A stretch of 42,061 nt of DNA from Candidatus Thalassarchaeaceae archaeon (GTDB taxonomy: Archaea > Thermoplasmatota > Poseidoniia > Poseidoniales > Thalassarchaeaceae), in assembly GCA_030747675.1 (NCBI GenBank), contig JASLKH010000077.1:1-42061 (forward strand), read 5' to 3'. A program made the translations under genes and the position numbers. Below, piece by piece: positions 35,744 through 42,061 of this stretch. The notes under the pieces are model-generated. The model was given only the letters and a program-made list of their open reading frames with translations, was not told where the DNA came from and searched no databases. Every line of letters starts with the position of its first letter. Position 1 is the first letter of the stretch.

Positions 35744-37762
35744 TTACTCTCCAATTCCGTCGCGAATCTTTATTGCTATACCTTTACGGAATCGCTTAGT
35801 TTCTTCTGCTGTGCATTGGGCAACCCCGTGTCCAATGAATTCGCCCTCACCGTTTTCTACCAAACAAGGTAATCCTGGTGTTAATTGTCCTTTTACTTCA
35901 TCGATAAATCCATGCATCACATTACGGCCTTGGCGGGTAAATGGAACTGAATCATCGATTACAACAACAGTTGGAATTTGGGTGCCATGAAGTAAGCGTG
36001 CTCCTGCGAGAGTCAAACTCAAACCACCATCTGTCAAGCGTGGTGAAAGAATATGGATCCCATCCTTCGTGATGATATTCTTGACCCTCTTAGTTTTGCT
36101 ATAAACAAACTTACAGCCAGACATAATATCTCTTGCCACTTCACAATTTAAATCTAAAAAGTATTTCATTTTCACAACTGCTGTTTCACGATCAATTGAT
36201 GTACGAACAATTGTTGAGTCGCCTTTTACTCCATCTCCAAATATCGACTCGATTTTGCTTATTTGAAGCGGTTTTTCATCTCCGATTTTTAATCGGACAA
36301 TATTCTTTTTTTCTCCACATAATGCTTCCAAATCAAATTCTAAATCTTCATTGTTCATTCTTTCCCAAATTGATTTAGGGCCATTAATGTGAGCCCATGG
36401 GCTAACATCTTCCATTGAATATGGAATTAAACCAAGAGGGGTTTCGATTAAGATAGCAACATTCGGCCAACGCCGATGAATTGTTTGTACAATACCACCA
36501 ATTCGTTCTCGCCAAGGGCCCGGGGATCCACCAAAAATAATTGCTCCTTCGCATTCAATTTGACAATTATTCAAAAGGCGTCCGAGAGAAGCAATTGATG
36601 GTGGTTGAGACCCTATATCTTGACTCATCAAGACCCCTCGTTGACGAAGGGGATTTGTTGTATCAATCAACCCCAAGGGCAGATTTTGGTACAAATATTC
36701 GGTTGCTTCCCTCAAAGAAGGATTTGTGTGGCTGCGCTCCTCAACCAATCTCCATATTGTTCCATCTCTAATTGCCTGCCTACATCTTGCAAGTTCACTA
36801 GCAGTAATCTCAAGATTATGTCTCGCAATTAATTCACAACGAGCTTGGTCCCCCAATGCCCTTACAGAATTAGGTGTGTATCCAGAAAGCGCCTCAGTTG
36901 AGGCTGGAAATTCATTCAAATCATCCAACTTCACAGTACCCCATGGCATTAGTAAACGGTCATCACGCGCAAAGAGCGCATATGCCGCTGAATCAAATAA
37001 ATCAGCACCTAATGCCACACAAATAGGGAATAGGTGGGGGTGTCCACAGCCAAACATGTGAACTGGTCTTTCCCAAGGGATATGTTTCCTACAAGCCAGT
37101 AGAATTTCTACCAATTCACGATACCTTTGACGTTCCATCAAAGGCACAATACCTCCAATAGGGTGTACTGAAAAATCCATTTCACCCATTTCTTCGGCAC
37201 TCTTTATTCTCAAATCTGCAAATACTCCGCCTTGAATTGGGCCATTCAATAATGTTTTTTTTGCCGCATCCAAAGACTGAGGCCCCCTGGATACAGTTTC
37301 CATTACTGCTGCTTCAATTTCTTCACGAGACATGCTTGGTGTTCCAAATACATCGAGCATGGTTGCGATGTCAACTCCGATTTCACGTTGAAATTCAACA
37401 ATTTCTTCTACCCCAACTTCAACGTCGCCATACACATAGTTCTGAAATGTACCAGAATCTGTCATGATTACCCCCGGATAATCAAGAAGTTTGTGAACTC
37501 CATCATTAAGAGCCGTTGATTTTAATGATTCATGTTTCCAAATGACATAAGAATTTGTAATAATAGCCTCAAAACCATATTTTTCCCACATTTCACGTGG
37601 TTCAACTGTTCTGATATTTGGATTAATGACCGGCAATAATGCTGGAGTATTCATCACATGTGTCGAAGTATGTAATCGACCTAAGCGTGCCCATCCATCC
37701 CGAGTGGTCACCTCAAATTTCCCACTATCGCCTTCTCGACAAGGATTCACAGCCCGGGCCAT
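35744..37762 (-). CDS. tgtA: Archaeal tRNA-guanine(15) transglycosylase with C-terminal PUA domain
   Basis: ARLGRL, TPALLPVINP, ITNSY, MTDSGTFQ, HPIGGIVPLME, HMFGCGHP, LFDSAAY, ARHNL, VEERSH and a PUA domain. Start set at MARAV (ORF is open from 37810). Confidence 0.93.
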   Translation of the reverse strand: MARAVNPCREGDSGKFEVTTRDGWARLGRLHTSTHVMNTPALLPVINPNIRTVEPREMWEKYGFEAIITNSYVIWKHESLKSTALNDGVHKLLDYPGVIMTDSGTFQNYVYGDVEVGVEEIVEFQREIGVDIATMLDVFGTPSMSREEIEAAVMETVSRGPQSLDAAKKTLLNGPIQGGVFADLRIKSAEEMGEMDFSVHPIGGIVPLMERQRYRELVEILLACRKHIPWERPVHMFGCGHPHLFPICVALGADLFDSAAYALFARDDRLLMPWGTVKLDDLNEFPASTEALSGYTPNSVRALGDQARCELIARHNLEITASELARCRQAIRDGTIWRLVEERSHTNPSLREATEYLYQNLPLGLIDTTNPLRQRGVLMSQDIGSQPPSIASLGRLLNNCQIECEGAIIFGGSPGPWRERIGGIVQTIHRRWPNVAILIETPLGLIPYSMEDVSPWAHINGPKSIWERMNNEDLEFDLEALCGEKKNIVRLKIGDEKPLQISKIESIFGDGVKGDSTIVRTSIDRETAVVKMKYFLDLNCEVARDIMSGCKFVYSKTKRVKNIITKDGIHILSPRLTDGGLSLTLAGARLLHGTQIPTVVVIDDSVPFTRQGRNVMHGFIDEVKGQLTPGLPCLVENGEGEFIGHGVAQCTAEETKRFRKGIAIKIRDGIGE

Positions 37763-37849
37763 ACTATCTGCCCTGAATAGGATGGCTTTCATTTCATCGG
37801 CAGACCACATTGGTCAACAACTAAACAATTTATCTTATGTGCGACAATT

Positions 37850-40501
37850 GTGCGAAACAAAAAAATGGTTTTTTTATTGACGCTTTTCTTATTATCGCCT
37901 GCACTTTTCGGTGGTCTGAAATGGGATCGAGACACCATTCCTGCAACACTTTCGAATCCTGCAAGTTCATCAATAATAGCAGCATGCAATGATGGAGAAA
38001 TACCTGTAAAAGAGGTTTTTCACTCCAATGACGCTTGGATTCCGAGCACATCGGTTGGCTGTGCACCCAAATCTAATGGTACTGTTGTTTTGACTTTAGA
38101 TGACCAATCGCACCTTCCAACATGGTGGACATATCGAAGCCAAATTATTGATTCAGGAATGAAATTAACAATGTTTTTGGACAGGTCATATCACCTAAAT
38201 GAAACAGAATGGTATTGGTTGGAAACGTTCTATGCTGATGGACACGAAATTGGTATCCATGGCAAGGATCACCTTGACATAACAAAATTCATCGAAGAAG
38301 ATGGTACCATACAAGAATATATTGATACCCAAATAATACCCGAAATAGAGACTTTCAATTCTCATGGAATTTACCCCACTGCTTTTTCCTACCCGCATGG
38401 ATTGAGAAATTCAAAAACTGATTCAGCGCTACTTGGATACTTCAACATATTACGTGCTACAAATCAGCAAATTACTAACGATCATTTGCCCATGATTATA
38501 CCCGAATATTCGAATAAAGTTATCACTGCTGCTTCAATGGATAGAGAATTTGACTCTCGTAATTATATTGAAGGGCTGATTCAAGATGCTGCCAATTCAG
38601 GAATGGCTGTGGCCACTTATGGGCACCGCTTAGATCCAAACGAAAATAAATACCATACGACTGAACCAGAAGATTTGTTTGCTTTTGCAAATCTTGCAAA
38701 GTCACTTGGAATGCGATTCGGAACCATCAGTGATTTAGCTAGACCTGCACATAAAAATGGCCTAGAAAACATGTATCAATATATGCGTAATGGAGATTTA
38801 CAAATCGCCAATAGAATGCTTGAAAATTGCTGGACTTTGCCACGATTTGACGAAGTCTGCCTGGATGGAGAATACCCCTCATGGCATGAGGACCCCTTCA
38901 ATGAAAATTACTGGCGCTTTGTATTTTACAGCCTACGGCCATTATCCCATTTACTGTATGCATGGGAAACAACTGGGAATTTGTCTTACAAAAATCACAT
39001 GTTGGAAATAATACGTACATTTTCCGATGCTGATGAAGAAAGCCCATGGATTTATGACCATCATGCGGATAAACATGGAGCCGCTTTTAGGGCGATGATT
39101 CTCACTCAAATACGATGGGTGCTTGATCATGATTCAGCACTTAATTTGGAAGAAATTGCGCTTATCGAATCCTTGATGGTAAAAACTGGGACCTATCTGA
39201 TGCATCCAAGTAATTTTGAATCGGGATATAATCATGGTTTTAATCAGGCCGCTGGACTATTAGTATTATCAACAAACCACCCATGGCTTCAAGATAGTTT
39301 AATCTGGGATCAAACTGCTAGAATACGGCTTAAAATGATGATGGAAGATGCTATCGATTCAGATGGCGTCATGATTGAAAGTAGCCCATATTATCACAAC
39401 TATATCCTAATCAAAATAGGAGATATAATTCGCTGGAGTGATGAAAATGATATTGTTATGCCAGATGTTGTTTCTGAAATGTTTCCTCTAATGCTTGATT
39501 ATGCAACTGATGTTGCCTATCCAGATATGGGTTTGCCTTTGATTGGAGCAAGCATACCAAGCCTAGGAATAAATTCAAACTCATTTGGCTCATTCGAAAA
39601 TTTACATGATAGATTGGCTTGGATTAGAACAAATGGGGTTAATGGAACACCTGGTGTTGAAGAATTTCTGTTCCACACAGCGTTCTATCCAGAATCTGGG
39701 CATGGGATTTTGAGATCTTCTTGGTCTACTGAAATAAATGATGTGAGTCACGTAGTCATTGATGCTGGTCCGTATCGAACTAGCCATTCCGATTATGATC
39801 ACTTTGGAATGACTTGGTTCTATGGCCAAGAAATACTTGTTGACCCTGGTCTTTATAGTTATGAAATTAGTGAAAAAAGGGATTATTTCCATGGCACATC
39901 TGCTCACAACGTCATACTTGTAGATGGAGATGATCAGCCTGAAGAATATGAAATTGGTCAAACTTCTATCTTTGAAGAAAACGGATGGGGAGGAATTGTT
40001 TCAACAATACATATCGATGATTGGTATTGGACCCGATCGGTGATAAGTATAGGCAACAATACAGTTCTAGTTTACGATGAAGTCGAGTCTACTTCAAATC
40101 ATGAATTCGATATCCTTTGGCACATGGCACCAGATCTTATAGCGACAAAATACAATTCAGGGTTTTCCATTCAGAATGAGCAAGAGCAAATTGCACAACT
40201 TCAAACTATTTCTTCTAGAGTATTAGAGGAAGAAATTATACAAGGTCAAACCGAACCTTTGCAAGGATGGGTTGCAGATGGTTACGAATCAATGATACCC
40301 GCCCCTGTAATCCGCCAATCTACATCAGGAAACAGTATCATATCTGCATCGTTGTGGAGTTCTTCTAATTCACTGTCCTCAATTGATGGTATGTTGTCTC
40401 CTGGAAATTCAAACCTGGAAATAAATGTATCAGGGTTAGAATCTACAATTCATATCTCACAAAATATTGATGGTGAATGGAATATCATTATCCAAAGTTG
40501 A
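37850..40501 (+). CDS. Secreted polysaccharide deacetylase (NodB/CE4-like) fused to a heparinase II/III-like lyase
   Basis: Hydrophobic N-terminus; VVLTLDD, GHEIGIHGKDH and FSYPHG (CE4); then YNHGFNQAAG, ESSPYYHNY, YPESGHGILR, SHSDYDH, VDPGLYSY and HGTSAHNVILVDG (heparinase II/III). Alternative ATG at 37865. Confidence 0.82.
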   Translation: MRNKKMVFLLTLFLLSPALFGGLKWDRDTIPATLSNPASSSIIAACNDGEIPVKEVFHSNDAWIPSTSVGCAPKSNGTVVLTLDDQSHLPTWWTYRSQIIDSGMKLTMFLDRSYHLNETEWYWLETFYADGHEIGIHGKDHLDITKFIEEDGTIQEYIDTQIIPEIETFNSHGIYPTAFSYPHGLRNSKTDSALLGYFNILRATNQQITNDHLPMIIPEYSNKVITAASMDREFDSRNYIEGLIQDAANSGMAVATYGHRLDPNENKYHTTEPEDLFAFANLAKSLGMRFGTISDLARPAHKNGLENMYQYMRNGDLQIANRMLENCWTLPRFDEVCLDGEYPSWHEDPFNENYWRFVFYSLRPLSHLLYAWETTGNLSYKNHMLEIIRTFSDADEESPWIYDHHADKHGAAFRAMILTQIRWVLDHDSALNLEEIALIESLMVKTGTYLMHPSNFESGYNHGFNQAAGLLVLSTNHPWLQDSLIWDQTARIRLKMMMEDAIDSDGVMIESSPYYHNYILIKIGDIIRWSDENDIVMPDVVSEMFPLMLDYATDVAYPDMGLPLIGASIPSLGINSNSFGSFENLHDRLAWIRTNGVNGTPGVEEFLFHTAFYPESGHGILRSSWSTEINDVSHVVIDAGPYRTSHSDYDHFGMTWFYGQEILVDPGLYSYEISEKRDYFHGTSAHNVILVDGDDQPEEYEIGQTSIFEENGWGGIVSTIHIDDWYWTRSVISIGNNTVLVYDEVESTSNHEFDILWHMAPDLIATKYNSGFSIQNEQEQIAQLQTISSRVLEEEIIQGQTEPLQGWVADGYESMIPAPVIRQSTSGNSIISASLWSSSNSLSSIDGMLSPGNSNLEINVSGLESTIHISQNIDGEWNIIIQS

Positions 40502-40502
40502 T

Positions 40503-40892
40503 TCATTCTTTGGGTTTATTCCACATTTCTGCCCGAATTGGGGGCTCTGCATCCCAATTTGGAAATTTACATGGAATCAATCTGACATCGAGTGCTTGTA
40601 AGAAAGAGAGGCGACTAGGAGATATTACTAAATCATCAGGTACTGCAATCCAAGTAGGGTACCCCTCGATAATTTCTTCTTCAAGAATCATGAACAACAT
40701 CTCAGTAATTGGCGTATATAGCTGTGTCAGCATTAACCCTTTTTTGTGCCCCATTGAGTCAGAAATAATGACCATCCAATCTTTTGATGGAGGCATTGGA
40801 AACCATTTCGTTTGTAGAGATTGAACTTCTCCTAACTCGTGTTGGAGGACAATCTCCAACGGTTCATGCCAGTCCTCGGGTATTGATGGCAT
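40503..40892 (-). CDS. Hypothetical protein
   Basis: 129-aa ATG ORF exactly filling the space between the convergent lyase and the divergent phosphatase. No family recognised. Confidence 0.65.
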   Translation of the reverse strand: MPSIPEDWHEPLEIVLQHELGEVQSLQTKWFPMPPSKDWMVIISDSMGHKKGLMLTQLYTPITEMLFMILEEEIIEGYPTWIAVPDDLVISPSRLSFLQALDVRLIPCKFPNWDAEPPIRAEMWNKPKE

Positions 40893-40960
40893 AGGTTCTC
40901 AATTAGCGGTAAAATAGTAGGGTTAAAATAGCCTTGCTAATATATGTAGAAGGGGATAAA

Positions 40961-41764
40961 ATGACTGAACCTATTAGAAACTATGAGACAGAATTTGAAT
41001 TGGAAAAAGCAATTGAAAGGGGAGACAAAGTATGGGTTATAGGGGATGTACATGGACACTCTGATGCCCTTGAAAATCTGATTTCAGAAATTGATCCAAA
41101 TCCAGGGGATAGAATTGTATTTTTAGGCGATTTAATAGATAGAGGGCCTGACTCAAGAATGGTTATTCGAATCGCAAGAAAACGTGCTGATTCATTTGTT
41201 CTCCGTGGAAATCATGAACAAATGACGATGGCGGGTTTTGGTGAAAGAAAAAATACCAGTTGGGCGCCACCTCTAGATTGGCTATTCAATGGTGGCAAGC
41301 AATGTCTAGATAGTTATAGAAATGCAGACGGTGAACTCAATACTGAGGATTGGATTGAAGATGTACTTTGGATGGCCCAATTACCTCACCTCTTTGTCCT
41401 AGAAAAATGGATACTTGTCCATGCAGGTCTTGACCCGAAATTCTCATTGGAAGAACAAAAGGCACATTCATGTTTATGGATTCGAAAAGAATTTCATGAC
41501 TCAAAAAAACCAATTGAATCAGAGAAAACTGTTGTTTTTGGCCATAGTATTACACATAGAGAATTAGGTCAAAGACCTGGGGAATTGGGTCTTAGTGAAG
41601 CGAGATTAAGTGATGGGAGACCACTTTGGGTCGGAATAGATACGGGGGCATGTGACCCTGTTTCAGGCTGGTTAACTGGACTTGACTTGACCTCAGGAGA
41701 CATAATTCAGGCTAATGACCAAGGTGATACTCGAAGGCAAGAGTCATTATTCAAACGAAACTAA
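40961..41764 (+). CDS. Calcineurin-like metallophosphoesterase (bacterial PphA/PrpA-type Ser/Thr protein phosphatase family)
   Basis: GDVHG, GDLIDRG, LRGNHE, LVHAG, LWIR, VFGHS and IDTG. ATG at 40961 (ORF is open from 40934). Confidence 0.88.
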   Translation: MTEPIRNYETEFELEKAIERGDKVWVIGDVHGHSDALENLISEIDPNPGDRIVFLGDLIDRGPDSRMVIRIARKRADSFVLRGNHEQMTMAGFGERKNTSWAPPLDWLFNGGKQCLDSYRNADGELNTEDWIEDVLWMAQLPHLFVLEKWILVHAGLDPKFSLEEQKAHSCLWIRKEFHDSKKPIESEKTVVFGHSITHRELGQRPGELGLSEARLSDGRPLWVGIDTGACDPVSGWLTGLDLTSGDIIQANDQGDTRRQESLFKRN

Positions 41765-42061
41765 CGCCGCCATGCTTCAAGACAAATTCCCGACCTAGGT
41801 CGTCAAAAGTATCCAATAATGATGATGAAAATTGAACTTGAGAAACCTCGCCTGTCGCAAAAAGGTCTTTTTGTATCCCTTGCAATGTGCCTGGTGCAGC
41901 CCCACAAGCTATGCAAGCCCCATCTAAATTCAGAACTAATCGAACGGATTCTCCATCCAATTCCGCTGACTCAACTTTGATACCTCCTCCATGCCCCATT
42001 AAAGCAGCCCGGACAGCCCCCAGTCGTGAAAGAATTGCTGGAACTAAATCTGGTGATTCAA
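41751..42061 (-). CDS. NifU/NfuA-like Fe-S carrier protein (5'-partial)
   Basis: The frame stays open to the window edge (...ESPDLVPAILSRLGAVRAALMGHGGGIKV...LNLDGACIACG), a NifU C-terminal domain with CxxC. Confidence 0.85.
   Translation of the reverse strand, partial: ESPDLVPAILSRLGAVRAALMGHGGGIKVESAELDGESVRLVLNLDGACIACGAAPGTLQGIQKDLFATGEVSQVQFSSSLLDTFDDLGREFVLKHGGVSFV

Noticed and set aside
37850-40501. Lyase gene as a mobile genomic island
   Set aside because: No integrase, transposase, tRNA or flanking direct repeats are visible. Only a hint of lower GC supports foreign origin.
1-42061. tRNA, rRNA, CRISPR arrays, IS elements, inteins or defence systems
   Set aside because: The longest intergenic spacers are only about 140 bp and show no cloverleaf or repeat-spacer pattern. 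No transposase, integrase, Cas, intein or restriction-modification motifs were recognised.

Overview
Dense, mobile-element-free chromosomal window from an archaeon. The gene set (archaeosine tRNA transglycosylase with PUA, CTP-dependent riboflavin kinase, NadM, DRG GTPase, AbrB-PhoU, DUF835, COG2108 radical SAM), the GGAGGTGA ribosome-binding sites and the many bacterial-type genes suggest Thermoplasmatota, most likely Marine Group II (Ca. Poseidoniales) or a relative; this placement is inference. About 38 CDS are present, many coupled by ATGA overlaps or overlapping convergently. No rRNA, tRNA, CRISPR array, integrase or transposase was seen. The strongest candidate for an undescribed system is a coupled gene pair at 18986-22884: a PATAN/DUF2226-like + DUF835 (KaiC-like) protein followed by a protein carrying a bacterial DnaA-type AAA+ module with no DNA-binding domain IV. 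Other highlights: an apparently circularly permuted glycerophosphodiester phosphodiesterase (HRG at the extreme C-terminus); a secreted polysaccharide deacetylase-heparinase II/III fusion; a TgtA lacking its three Zn-binding cysteines; a PiT-DUF47 fusion divergent from AbrB-PhoU across a palindrome-rich spacer; and a two-ATPase/two-permease ABC exporter followed by a tocopherol-cyclase/AttH-like protein with six consecutive Trp. All family calls come from motif recognition by eye; no database searches were run.
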